In this document: one piece after another, positions 50,987-60,832 of the stretch
Position numbering within the stretch: the first letter of the stretch is position 1
Layout: every line of letters starts with the position of its first letter
NCBI GenBank assembly: GCA_963775465.1
Contig: CAVZIW010000010.1
Location: 1-64,000, forward strand
Source: Candidatus Bathyarchaeota archaeon
GTDB taxonomy: Archaea; Thermoproteota; Bathyarchaeia; Bathyarchaeales; Bathycorpusculaceae
Direction of reading: 5' to 3'
DNA length: 64,000 nucleotides
Program-made: the position numbers and the translations under genes
Notes under the pieces: generated by a model
Seen by the model: only the letters and a program-made list of their open reading frames with translations
What the model was told of the DNA's origin: nothing
Database searches by the model: none

Positions 50987-53053
50987 TTAGGTTGCTCTTG
51001 GATTTATAGCGCCTTTGGTGTAGGGAATGAACTCGCGAATTTGCTCAATAGAGACCTTGCCTGCTTTTTCCCGTTGGTCTTTTGACAACTTGAGCGTTAG
51101 TGTCTTGAGAGTCTGCTTAAGCAAGTCTTTCCCCATGTTATCTCCAGGACTTATGATAATATATGATTTTGTTTTGGCTTTAACAGCATCTATCGGACCG
51201 CCAACAAAAACGGTTTCTTCGCCTACAACCAGGCCGACTGCGACTCGAAGTGGTGTATTCCTATACCAATTACGTTTCCCAGAAACAAAGAACGCTCCAT
51301 GAGGCACAGACTCGCCAGATGGACCACTTTTACTGAGCTGATCGACTTTAACCCAGTAAACATCCACCGATCCTGCATTCTCACGCCAAGCCCTAGAAAA
51401 AGACGCTGCGAATTCACTAGCTTCTTTTAGGGTTTGTTCGCCGATCGAGTTTCCTTCTGCTTTGACGACAACAAACGGCGCTCCTGTGATTTCTGCGTGG
51501 AAAACAACATCTTCCTGTGAGGTGTACTTCTTGACCAAAACTTCGTTACTGACAGTATCTTTGCCCGCAACCACCAACAAACCCTCCGATGAAAAAAACC
51601 AACGGAATTTTTCATACCACTCCCTGTTTGCCATTTCTTCTTTACGTTTAGAGAGGGCTTCCATAATTTCAGCAGGTTTGAGACTTTTCATGTGCTCCGC
51701 TTCGGCTAACTCGCGCTCAGCTCTTGATAGTTTGCGTTTCGAATCTTGCAGAGCTGACAGGGCACCCTGAGCTTTTTCTTTTGCGTGTTTGCCACGTTCA
51801 TAATATCTATTCGCGTTATCAAAAAGCGAATCCCGCAAGTTAAAGCTAAAATGAAAATTGTCTAAATCTAGGTTTAAGGCCAGGTTTTTGCCGTCAAACG
51901 ATTCAACATATATTGCAGGAATCTTGCCGGCTTTTTTAGCTGCCATAACGGTTGAGATAATTTTGTCCCAGTCGTGTCCCTTCTGGTTTGCTTTTATAAG
52001 TTGTTCTTGGAACGTTTGAAACATATTAAAATGGGCGTAGATTGTATCGCCGATCTGCTTGTCCTTCTCAGATTTCTTCTGATCCTCTACGATAGATTTC
52101 TCTTGTTCAGCTACCACTCGTTTGAGGCGTTGGGTTTCCTGTTTTAATTTGTCAGTCTCGATGCTTCCAGCTGCTTTCTCAGCAACAGTTACTCGCAAAT
52201 AAAACTCATCCAAAGCTTGATTGAAAGATTCGTAAACCTGAACTTTCAAACCCTCATAACGTTTGAGTTTGAAAGGGACGGCATCTAAATAGTCACCGTT
52301 CTTATCCAAGATTATACTCGGCTCAAACTTACACTCCAAAACAGGCAAAAGCAAGCTTTGAAGCGCCTCAAAAATCGCTTTAACTTCATCAACGGTCAAA
52401 TCATTGCTGGGTTTAGTTTTTTCTACTTGTGCCCTAAGCAAAAGCTCTTCAGCGTAAACTCCACCAATACCCAAAGACCTTGCTAATCCTCGAACAACTT
52501 CTACATTGGCAGTGCTTTTTAAGATATCTTGGAGTTCGAGCATGGATACTTTGAAGGGGTTTTTTCCGCTAGAAGGTGGAAGCACAAGAGTTACTTTGTG
52601 CAAGATGTCGCGGTCTCTCATCTTCTTAAATTCCAAAGCTTGGATGATTGCGTCTTTCTCGTTTGTCAAGATAATGTTACCGTCGCCGAAAAGTTCCACC
52701 ACTAACTTGAGCATTCCAATTTTGGTTTCAAAGGTAATTGTTACGATTCTCTCAAATCCAGCTTGCTCAATTCCTCTTAACCACGAATCACGCAGATACT
52801 TGCGCATCATCATGCAGAAAGCTGGGGGCTCAGCGGGGCTTTCTTCCGCATAGCTTGTCGAGTGGAGCCTTCTGCCTGCTTCAACCACCAGTCTTATGGG
52901 TGGATTGTCGGTTTTGTGCAGTTTAAAGATTAAAGTTTTTTCTCCGAATTGGTAGATGTTATTCACTCTGGAATTAGGGATTAGCGTTTTTAGTTCTTCA
53001 GTTGCTGCAGCTATATCAAAGCTTGTAAATTCTTTTTTACGCAACTCTTGCAC
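50987..53053 (-). CDS. rqcH: Ribosome quality-control factor RqcH/Rqc2 (NEMF family)
   Basis: TSFDI, F.MMMRKYL, ELFGDGNIIL, coiled coil, NANRYYE, WYEKFRWF, NEVLVKKY, FHAEITGAP. Confidence 0.93.
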   Translation of the reverse strand: MQELRKKEFTSFDIAAATEELKTLIPNSRVNNIYQFGEKTLIFKLHKTDNPPIRLVVEAGRRLHSTSYAEESPAEPPAFCMMMRKYLRDSWLRGIEQAGFERIVTITFETKIGMLKLVVELFGDGNIILTNEKDAIIQALEFKKMRDRDILHKVTLVLPPSSGKNPFKVSMLELQDILKSTANVEVVRGLARSLGIGGVYAEELLLRAQVEKTKPSNDLTVDEVKAIFEALQSLLLPVLECKFEPSIILDKNGDYLDAVPFKLKRYEGLKVQVYESFNQALDEFYLRVTVAEKAAGSIETDKLKQETQRLKRVVAEQEKSIVEDQKKSEKDKQIGDTIYAHFNMFQTFQEQLIKANQKGHDWDKIISTVMAAKKAGKIPAIYVESFDGKNLALNLDLDNFHFSFNLRDSLFDNANRYYERGKHAKEKAQGALSALQDSKRKLSRAERELAEAEHMKSLKPAEIMEALSKRKEEMANREWYEKFRWFFSSEGLLVVAGKDTVSNEVLVKKYTSQEDVVFHAEITGAPFVVVKAEGNSIGEQTLKEASEFAASFSRAWRENAGSVDVYWVKVDQLSKSGPSGESVPHGAFFVSGKRNWYRNTPLRVAVGLVVGEETVFVGGPIDAVKAKTKSYIIISPGDNMGKDLLKQTLKTLTLKLSKDQREKAGKVSIEQIREFIPYTKGAINPRAT

Positions 53054-53197
53054 CGTTTGAGGTCTATATTATATTCCACTATGAAATAACCATTTACGCT
53101 TACTTGGCAAAAAGATAGGTTGAGCAGGCAGAAACGGTTAATACTTAGGCATCTTTTTTAAGTAAGAACAAAATATATGTGCCAAGGATAGATTCAC

Positions 53198-53494
53198 ATG
53201 ACCCCTTTAGTTCGCCTCTACTGGATAAGAGTCACATTAGGAATAATCGCAGCCGCAATATCTGCAGTAATGGCTGAGTTAATCGGGACCCTAACTGACA
53301 TCACAACACTTGTAAACAGCATAACCATAGCCTTACTGATATATTTCATAACATACTACATTCTTCGAGCAGTCTTCAGAGACAAAATAGAAAAGCCCTC
53401 AAAAATCCTGAGTACAGGAATAGGAATGTACTTTTTTGCGTGGATAGCCTTCTTTGTCTTATTCTACACGATAATCCACATAGTAGTCGCATAA
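53198..53494 (+). CDS. Three-TM membrane protein, EMC6/Rab5ip-like
   Basis: 98 aa, 3 TMs, YWIR at TM1, C-terminal GIGMYFFAWIAFFVLFYTIIH. Confidence 0.65.
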   Translation: MTPLVRLYWIRVTLGIIAAAISAVMAELIGTLTDITTLVNSITIALLIYFITYYILRAVFRDKIEKPSKILSTGIGMYFFAWIAFFVLFYTIIHIVVA

Positions 53495-53511
53495 AAAAAT
53501 TTTATTATTAT

Positions 53512-53961
53512 TTATTTTTCTTGATTCTTCTGGAGAAAATTCCCCATAGTCACTTGACTCTTATCACTGCGAAGTGTCTCAACCTTTTCAGGTACAGCAG
53601 CTTTGCCATTTGGGCTGGGAATTTCCATACGAGTTAAGATACGCATGCAGTCTGCCCAAGCAGAAAAATACCCGCGGTCAAAATCAGCATGCAATCCATT
53701 GCCCATCTGATCAAGAAACTCTTTTCGGTAAGCGTGCAAGGCAACCTTGTCACTTAAGTCAAGTTTAGAAAAGAAAGCGTAGTCATCAGAACTACTTTTT
53801 CTGGAAAGATACATACCGTAGAGTGCTCTAAAGTACCCTCGGTTCCAATCTGTTTTCTGCATTTTTTGTTTAACACGTTCCAGTTCACGCTCAGCTTCGG
53901 CAAACTGCCTGCCAACGATGAGCTGGAAGTACCTTGTAACTAAAGCTTGAGATATCGGCAT
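53512..53961 (-). CDS. Hypothetical helical protein coupled to radA
   Basis: 149-aa ORF starting 2 nt after the radA stop; internal RGYF repeat. Confidence 0.75.
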   Translation of the reverse strand: MPISQALVTRYFQLIVGRQFAEAERELERVKQKMQKTDWNRGYFRALYGMYLSRKSSSDDYAFFSKLDLSDKVALHAYRKEFLDQMGNGLHADFDRGYFSAWADCMRILTRMEIPSPNGKAAVPEKVETLRSDKSQVTMGNFLQKNQEK

Positions 53962-53963
53962 AT

Positions 53964-55007
53964 TTAGCGTCCACGTGATTTAGTTGCTTTCTCTTCTTCA
54001 GAGACATCTTCTATTCCGTTTTCGGTGACTTTAAGGATTTCCTCTCCTTCGGGCAAATATGGGCTTGAAACCAGCCTTGCGATTCGTATGGGTCCATGGG
54101 AAGCACGACGCAAGTAAATGCGAGTGTGACTAGTGTGACCAACAATATTTCCACCAATTGGGTGGATAGCGTCGCCAAAGAACTGGTCAGGTTTTGCCAT
54201 AACTTGATTAGTGACGACAGCCGCTGCATTAAACGCGCGAGATAACGCGACAAGCTTATGCATATGCTTGTTAAGTCTTTGTTGGCGTGACGCCAACATT
54301 TCTCTGCCTATGTATTCGCTTCGGAAATGTGCGGTTAACGAGTCAATTATGATGAGTTTAATATTGTTTGCTTTGATTATTTCGTCAGCGTTCTCCAAGA
54401 GAAACATCTGATGATCGCTTGTGTAAGCTTCTGCATAAATAATGTTTTTAACAGCCTCTTCAGGTTCTAAACCTGCGAATCTTGCCATTTGCACTATGCG
54501 TTCAAGCCTAAACGTGTTTTCTGTGTCAATATAGAGAGCTGCGCCGTTTAACCCCCCTTTTTCAGGAGGAAGTTGAACATTAACGCACAACTGGTGGCAC
54601 ATTTGGCTCTTACCGCAACCATATTCACCGTAAAACTCAGTTATGGTTTGGGTTTCTAAACCACCATCAACCATTTTGTCCAATGCTTTACTGCCCGTGG
54701 TGATTCGTGCTACAGATTTGCGCATTTTGAACAATTCGTCAGCGCGAATAAATGCTATCCCGATGGAAGATCGTGCGGCTTCTATAATTTGGAAAGCTTT
54801 CTTCTCGCTAACACCGACTGGGTCAAGTTCCCTGCTGGTTGCCATAGCTACGGATTCCACGGTATGGTAACCGAGGTCACGCAGTTTAGCCGCGGTTGCG
54901 GGACCAACTCCTGGCAGGTCTTCTATAAACTCGTATTTTTTCTTATTTGCTTCCATTTGAGCCTGTCTATCGCTGAATTCTTCTGCAGGACCATCGTCTT
55001 CAGACAT
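53964..55007 (-). CDS. radA: DNA repair and recombination protein RadA
   Basis: HhH EDLPGVG, FIRADE, GEYGCGKSQ, YIDTENTF, DSLTAHFRSEY, IGGNIVGH. Confidence 0.97.
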   Translation of the reverse strand: MSEDDGPAEEFSDRQAQMEANKKKYEFIEDLPGVGPATAAKLRDLGYHTVESVAMATSRELDPVGVSEKKAFQIIEAARSSIGIAFIRADELFKMRKSVARITTGSKALDKMVDGGLETQTITEFYGEYGCGKSQMCHQLCVNVQLPPEKGGLNGAALYIDTENTFRLERIVQMARFAGLEPEEAVKNIIYAEAYTSDHQMFLLENADEIIKANNIKLIIIDSLTAHFRSEYIGREMLASRQQRLNKHMHKLVALSRAFNAAAVVTNQVMAKPDQFFGDAIHPIGGNIVGHTSHTRIYLRRASHGPIRIARLVSSPYLPEGEEILKVTENGIEDVSEEEKATKSRGR

Positions 55008-55076
55008 AAATTTCACACTTTTATGTTGATGTATAATACGAGCTATTTAAAACACGCGAATAGACATACATTTTTC

Positions 55077-55709
55077 TTAGTGGAGGGCTAGTTGAAAGTG
55101 AAATTTTAAAGTACAGATTTCTCCTTTGATATTCACCTTCCGCATATTCACAAAAAATTTAGGGAGGAATAACGCCCATTCGTGAGCATTCTTCTTTGAG
55201 ACTACTTTAATGTTTTTTAAGGATTGACATTTCTGGACATATTCGTCGCCTTCAAGGGTGCTTTGACGGAAGTCGCTGATTAACTGTTGTATCTCCATGG
55301 TAATCTCATAGATCCTTGCTTTAATTTGATCCATATAAGAGACCGCTTATTCCTGAACAATCACTTCGGAAGGTGTCAAAGCTGTCTTTATTACGCCGTC
55401 TTCAATACGTAGGATTCGAGTTGATACTCGAGCGACGCTGGGGTCATGTGTAACCATGATCATAGTTTTACCCAGTTCCTGATTATTTTTAACAAGGTAG
55501 TCCGCTATGATTCTTGGATTTGCCGTATCCAATTCGCCAATAGGTTCATCTGCAAGTATGATAGGTGCGTCATTAGCTAGAGCGGAAGCTATTGTGATTC
55601 TTTGTTGTTCTTCTCCAATTAATTCTTCAGGCTTATGACGAGTTCGGTCTTGTAGTCCAACGGTATTGAGAAGATCTTGAAAGCGTTGTTTTTGTTCCCG
55701 CGTGGACAA
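55077..55709 (-). pseudogene. Truncated LolD/MacB-type ABC ATPase remnant
   Basis: No Walker A; degenerate signature LIGEEQQR, ADEPIGELD, MVTHD; in-frame TAA at 55347-55349 separates a C-terminal extension (55077..55334). Confidence 0.75.
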
Positions 55710-55915
55710 GTTTGGTAATAATTGTCAGAGTCGATCTAGCGTGGTGGGGATTTTGAAAATTAATGCTCTATCAGGTGTATTCTATATGATTTCCAGATTT
55801 TTTATGTGGTCTTCTTTCTGAAATAATGTGTTTTGATGTTGTTGCAATACTTGCGCAACCACAAATTTTCATAAGTAATCTTTCAGAAGTATTACTTTAT
55901 ACTGGAAGAGTTCTT

Positions 55916-56041
55916 GTGGCTAAATGTCCTAACTGCGGAACAGAAGTTGCTAAACCGAGCCGTTCATTGAGGAATCATTTTTTCTGCGTTGAAGCCTATA
56001 ACTGCAAAAATTGCAAGATAACTTTCAAAGTGAAACATTAG
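55916..56041 (+). CDS. Small zinc-ribbon protein (Cren7-like zinc-finger family?)
   Basis: (M)AKCPNCGTEVAKP...YNCKNCKITFK; GTG start at 55916. Confidence 0.6.
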   Translation: MAKCPNCGTEVAKPSRSLRNHFFCVEAYNCKNCKITFKVKH

Positions 56042-56115
56042 CGCATGCTTGATAATTCTGCATTTAGGAAAGATTTTTAATACCGATATAATTTAGATTC
56101 TTTTGGCTGTTACCC

Positions 56116-56334
56116 TTGGATAGATTACAAGCTATGGCTATGTTGAAAGAGTTGGCTGTTAATGATTTAGTTGACCCTACCTATGTGTCGATGGTTGAAG
56201 CAAAGCCAAACCATTTTCAGATTCAAATTAAATGTGATTACAATAGACTAAAAATAGAAGAGTACGCAAAAAAAAACGGTTTAACTATATCTGAGGATAA
56301 AGACCGAAAATACTTAGTAATTTTCAAGCCATAA
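56116..56334 (+). CDS. Hypothetical protein
   Basis: 72-aa ORF with protein-like composition and a TATA-like box upstream. Confidence 0.65.
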   Translation: MDRLQAMAMLKELAVNDLVDPTYVSMVEAKPNHFQIQIKCDYNRLKIEEYAKKNGLTISEDKDRKYLVIFKP

Positions 56335-56504
56335 CTGTAAATCTTCTACTCTTGAGATCACCTTCACCCTTCTGCAACTTTTTGATCTTTAAATAAAAGC
56401 AAAATGTCCTTAGACTTTTTTTGGACCTTGGATGCAAAAGAACTGAATATTAAAAAATTGGGCGCCAGAAACAATTAAATCGCCAAGTTCATTTCTATAA
56501 GAAC

Positions 56505-57899
56505 ATGAATAATTTTCTGGACTCTCTCAAGCAAGAAAATATGAGTCTATTTACCGATTTCTACGAATTGACAATGTGTGCAGCCTACTTTGATAATAAT
56601 AACTTTGAACCTGCAACATTTGACCTCTTTATACGTCGTCTTCCAGAAAACCGATCATACTTTCTTTTTGCCGGTTTAGAACAATCGTTACAGTATCTGC
56701 AGACTATCAACTTTTCTGAAGAACATTTAGCTTACCTAAAAAACCAGGGCTTTGGAGAGGACTTTCTGGATTATTTATCTGGATTTAGCTTTTCGGGTGA
56801 TGTGTGGGCTATTCCTGAGGGCACAGTAGCTTTTCCCAATGAACCACTAATCCGCATAACTGCCCCAATAATCGAGGCTCAGTTGGTGGAAACATTCCTT
56901 CTAAACACCGTTAACCTGCAAACAATGATGGCAACTAAAGCTTCACGTATAGTCCACGCTGCAAAAGGCAAAGCCATAATTGAATTCGGTTTGCGTCGCG
57001 AGCACGGTATTGACGCAGGAATGAAGGTGGCACGGTCAAGCTACATTGCAGGCTGTCAAGGATCCAGCAATGTTTTGGCAGGCTTGACTTATGAGATTCC
57101 AGTGTTTGGTACTATGGCGCACTCATTTGTGATGTCATATGCAAAGGAAATTGATGCTTTTCGCGCTTTCTCCAAGACTTTTCCAAATAACTCAACTCTA
57201 CTTATCGATACTTACAATGACATTGCAGGTGCAGAAAAAGCCGCTGAAGTAGCTAAAGAACTTGAAGCAAAGGGATTTAGACTTGGTGGGATCCGACTTG
57301 ACAGCGGAGATTTAACAAAAACAAGTAAACAGGTAAGGAAAATACTTGATGAGCAAGGCTTGGGGTACGTTAAGATTTTTGCAAGCGGGGACCTCGATGA
57401 ATATCAAATTAGCAAACTGCTAAAGGATGAAGCACAAATCGATGCGTTTGGAGTAGGCACAAAAATGGGAACATCCGCCGACCGACCGTATCTTGATGTA
57501 ATTTACAAGCTATGCGAAACGATGAACCCTGAAGGGACCTTTTCGCCGATAATGAAACTAAGCAAGGACAAAAATACCTTGCCTGGGCGAAAACAGGTGT
57601 TCCGTTCTAAATCCAAGGAGGGCGTTTACCAAAAAGATACAATTGCGCTTGCTGAAGAAAAAATTGAGGGTGATCCCTTGCTCTCGAGAGTAATGGAGAA
57701 TGGCAAGTTGTCCTACAAGCTGCCATCTTTAAAGGAAATCCGATGCTCTGCACAGGAAAACATGTTCCAGTTACCTGCCCCGTACAAGGAATTAACTAAC
57801 GCTCCAACATATCCTGTTGAATTGAGTTTGAAACTTCAAGACTTAATTAAAACTTTAAGAAGCCAACTAACACAAAACGAAATTCTCCATAAATCCTAA
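56505..57899 (+). CDS. pncB: Nicotinate phosphoribosyltransferase
   Basis: TDFYELTM, EFGLRR, GTMAHS, LIDTY, IRLDSGD, FGVGT. Confidence 0.95.
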   Translation: MNNFLDSLKQENMSLFTDFYELTMCAAYFDNNNFEPATFDLFIRRLPENRSYFLFAGLEQSLQYLQTINFSEEHLAYLKNQGFGEDFLDYLSGFSFSGDVWAIPEGTVAFPNEPLIRITAPIIEAQLVETFLLNTVNLQTMMATKASRIVHAAKGKAIIEFGLRREHGIDAGMKVARSSYIAGCQGSSNVLAGLTYEIPVFGTMAHSFVMSYAKEIDAFRAFSKTFPNNSTLLIDTYNDIAGAEKAAEVAKELEAKGFRLGGIRLDSGDLTKTSKQVRKILDEQGLGYVKIFASGDLDEYQISKLLKDEAQIDAFGVGTKMGTSADRPYLDVIYKLCETMNPEGTFSPIMKLSKDKNTLPGRKQVFRSKSKEGVYQKDTIALAEEKIEGDPLLSRVMENGKLSYKLPSLKEIRCSAQENMFQLPAPYKELTNAPTYPVELSLKLQDLIKTLRSQLTQNEILHKS

Positions 57900-58019
57900 A
57901 GAACGCGAAAAAATTCAACTCATCTATATAAAGAATAATCCAATAACCTGTGAAAATGGCAAACACTTAATAGCCTTTCCAGAAAAGGTGTAACTCTAAA
58001 TCCAAACGGAGAACCAATA

Positions 58020-59225
58020 TTGCAAAATCAACCGGCTATAATAGCTGTTGGAAGAACAAAGTTTGGCGAATACTACGGCAAAGAACCAGAAAAGCTAATC
58101 GAGGAAGCTTGGCTTGCAGCTTCAAATGACTGCTGTATCGAACGTAAAGACCTCGAAGCGTGCTATATGTCTGACTGTCTTCTTCCCATCACAAACAAAC
58201 TGGGATTAGAAGAAGGGTTCCTCTCAGAATTAACCGAACTCCATGTACCCATGGAAGTAACCCGTTCCTTCAGCGCAGCACTTCTTACCGCTTGCCATGC
58301 TATTCAAGCAGGCGTTTATGGCACTGTTTTAGTTGGTGGAATAGAAAAAATGACTGACCGCTGGGACAAAATACGTGATGATCTTATGTTACTTGATGAC
58401 CCGTGGAGTTACTTTGCAGGTGGCACCCCTGAATCTAACCATGAATTAATGCTTCGCGCTTACATTAAAAAACATAATATTACAGGTCAAAATCTGGACA
58501 CGCTAAATCTGGCTCTCGCCGAGATAGCAGTCAAGAACCACGCCAACGCATCCAAAAACAAGTATGCTCAGTACCAAAGAAAAATTACTGTTGAACAAGT
58601 TTTAACCGCAAGAAAGCAATCTCATAAATCATTAGGGCTTTACGATTTTGCCCCCATATCTGATGGAGCATCTGCATTAATTCTCACCAATGAGTCTGTT
58701 GCAAAAGAAATAAGTGATCGACCGATCCACATTTTAGGACTTGGCGCAGGAACTGACTTCCTAAATTACCCGGCGCGGGAGGACCTATCCCGTTTTATCG
58801 CCGCTGAATATGCCATGAACACTGCTTCAAAAATGGCTAACATAGCGCCCTCAGATTTGCAGGTTTTTGAGGTTAATGATCAATCTACAGTGATGGAGAT
58901 GATTTCACTGGAAGATTTAGGTTTATACAGGCCTGGAACTGCTTGGAAAAATATTCATGAAGGTTTACAGAATAGCGAAAATAGCTACACTAAAAAGGGT
59001 ACACCCCTTTATGTGAACACTGATGGTGGTCTAAAAGCGGACGGCAACCCATTAGGGGCAACCGGCGGTGCACAGATTTTTGAGGTTTTCCATCAACTCC
59101 GCGGAACTGCAGATGAAAGGCAAATTAAAAATGCTGATGGCGTGCCAAAACAGGGCTGTGTCGTTGAATTTGAGGGGTTTGGAACCAAAGCTTATGCCAC
59201 AATACTAGGAGACAAAACTAGATGA
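58020..59225 (+). CDS. Thiolase-fold protein (archaeal acetoacetyl-CoA thiolase homologue) lacking canonical catalytic residues
   Basis: GRTKFG, GGIEKM, KNH.NA..N..AQ, PISDGASA, NTDGGL..G.P.GATG; overlaps the HMGCS gene. Confidence 0.88.
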   Translation: MQNQPAIIAVGRTKFGEYYGKEPEKLIEEAWLAASNDCCIERKDLEACYMSDCLLPITNKLGLEEGFLSELTELHVPMEVTRSFSAALLTACHAIQAGVYGTVLVGGIEKMTDRWDKIRDDLMLLDDPWSYFAGGTPESNHELMLRAYIKKHNITGQNLDTLNLALAEIAVKNHANASKNKYAQYQRKITVEQVLTARKQSHKSLGLYDFAPISDGASALILTNESVAKEISDRPIHILGLGAGTDFLNYPAREDLSRFIAAEYAMNTASKMANIAPSDLQVFEVNDQSTVMEMISLEDLGLYRPGTAWKNIHEGLQNSENSYTKKGTPLYVNTDGGLKADGNPLGATGGAQIFEVFHQLRGTADERQIKNADGVPKQGCVVEFEGFGTKAYATILGDKTR

Positions 59226-60730
59226 GTAGCGAACCTATCGAACGCCGGGTTTCGTACTTAGGAGATCGCCTTAAGGCTTGTCGTTGTCAATGCTGCGGCA
59301 AAGAATACTTCGAAGTACGCGACTACTGCAGCATTTGCGGCAGAAAAAGTTACGGAAAAATGGCTAGCATAGATCTATTTTTCGATAAAGGAAAACTTGA
59401 ACTTGCAACTTACATAAACGAACCCACAAACAAATTCATGAAACTTTCAAGTTTTATCTACGGAATCGTCTCTTTTCATGATGGCAAAATTCGGGTGCCC
59501 GCTAGACTAACCGACCAATTGCTTTGTGACGGTCAAGATGTTGACATATCAAGTTTTGAAGGCAGAGAAGTAATCCCAAGGTTCCGAAGACGCTATTCAG
59601 TCGGAAAAGGCGATGTAATTCCAACAATCTCATTAGCTTTCACCCTTGCAGATGAGTACTATCCTCACCAAGAATACAAAATCGTCCAACCAACTAAGGA
59701 ATATGAACTTCCAGGTATCATCGGCTATGGAGTCTACACTTCTCGTTTCCGTATTAAAGAAAGAAATTTGGAGCGCGCTGTACCATTCATAGATGAAGAC
59801 TCTGTTACAGCTTCCGTTGAAGCTGGAAAACTAGCGCTTATCCATTCGGGTCTGGATAGTTCGCTTGTAGGTAAAGTCTATGTTGGTTCTGAATCAAACC
59901 CGTATGCAGTTAAGCCAATTGCGTCCAAGGTAGCGCAGGTCTTGAAATTAGGTGAAGAAGACGACGATATACAAGGTGTTGACGCAGTGGACACAGAATT
60001 TGCGTGCAAAGCAGGTTCAAGCATGTTTAAGGATGCAGCTGCTCTCGTGAGTTATCCCCGTTCAAACATAAAAAACGCGATGGTAATAGGTGCAGATAAT
60101 TCGCAAGCAGCTCCACGCGGATGCCCCGGAGGCGAACTCGATACCTTTGTAGGTTATGGTGCCGCTGCATTTCTCTTTGGAAAATTAGATGTCATCGCAG
60201 AAGTTGAAGGTTGGTATTCTTGTACCTCAGACACACCTGACTTTTGGCGTCGCGATGGGGAACCATTTCCAAGCCACGGAGGACGTTTTACAGGCGACCC
60301 AGCTTACTTCAAACATGTTCGCAAAGCCGCTAGCAAACTCATGGAACAATCCAACTTGCAAGCATCCGACATTAACTATTTTGTGCCCCATCAACCAAAC
60401 CCAACGTTTCCAGTTAGAATAGCAAAAGAACTAGGCTTCAAAGACGAACAATTCTCTCCTTCACTAGTGATAAACAAGTTTGGTAACACATATTCCGCTT
60501 GCTCTCCTGCAGGTCTAGGTTCAGTACTTGACATTGCAGAACCTGATCAACGAATCTTAATGGTTAGCTACGGTTCAGGAGCCGGAAGCGACGCATACCT
60601 TCTACGAACCACAAGCCAAATTCTCGAAAAGCGAAAACGCCAAAAAATTAATGTGAAATCCCAAGCTGAAAACCCCTTCATAGAATATGTCGATTACACA
60701 ACCTATAGAAGACTCAAACTAGGAATGTAA
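59222..60730 (+). CDS. DUF35 (Zn-ribbon/OB-fold) fused to hydroxymethylglutaryl-CoA synthase
   Basis: N-terminal CQCCG...YCSICG + OB fold; HMGCS motifs DEDSVT, GSESNPYAVKP, EFACKAG, DFWRR, HQPN, GNTYS, SYGSGAGSD. Confidence 0.92.
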   Translation: MSSEPIERRVSYLGDRLKACRCQCCGKEYFEVRDYCSICGRKSYGKMASIDLFFDKGKLELATYINEPTNKFMKLSSFIYGIVSFHDGKIRVPARLTDQLLCDGQDVDISSFEGREVIPRFRRRYSVGKGDVIPTISLAFTLADEYYPHQEYKIVQPTKEYELPGIIGYGVYTSRFRIKERNLERAVPFIDEDSVTASVEAGKLALIHSGLDSSLVGKVYVGSESNPYAVKPIASKVAQVLKLGEEDDDIQGVDAVDTEFACKAGSSMFKDAAALVSYPRSNIKNAMVIGADNSQAAPRGCPGGELDTFVGYGAAAFLFGKLDVIAEVEGWYSCTSDTPDFWRRDGEPFPSHGGRFTGDPAYFKHVRKAASKLMEQSNLQASDINYFVPHQPNPTFPVRIAKELGFKDEQFSPSLVINKFGNTYSACSPAGLGSVLDIAEPDQRILMVSYGSGAGSDAYLLRTTSQILEKRKRQKINVKSQAENPFIEYVDYTTYRRLKLGM

Positions 60731-60832
60731 GAACTAGAAATTTTATTCTTTTATTTCATTGAACACAAAAGTTTTGGACTTGTTAAAGCCTTTAAATAAG
60801 TAGTTGTAAATACAGGCAATTGTGAATGAGCT

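Noticed and set aside
52740-52756. RqcH has FERI instead of the DR motif
   Set aside because: Conservative D-to-E change that also occurs in other RqcH homologues; no basis for claiming altered tailing
24008-55007. Inteins in NrdD or RadA
   Set aside because: Both proteins have normal length and continuous motifs
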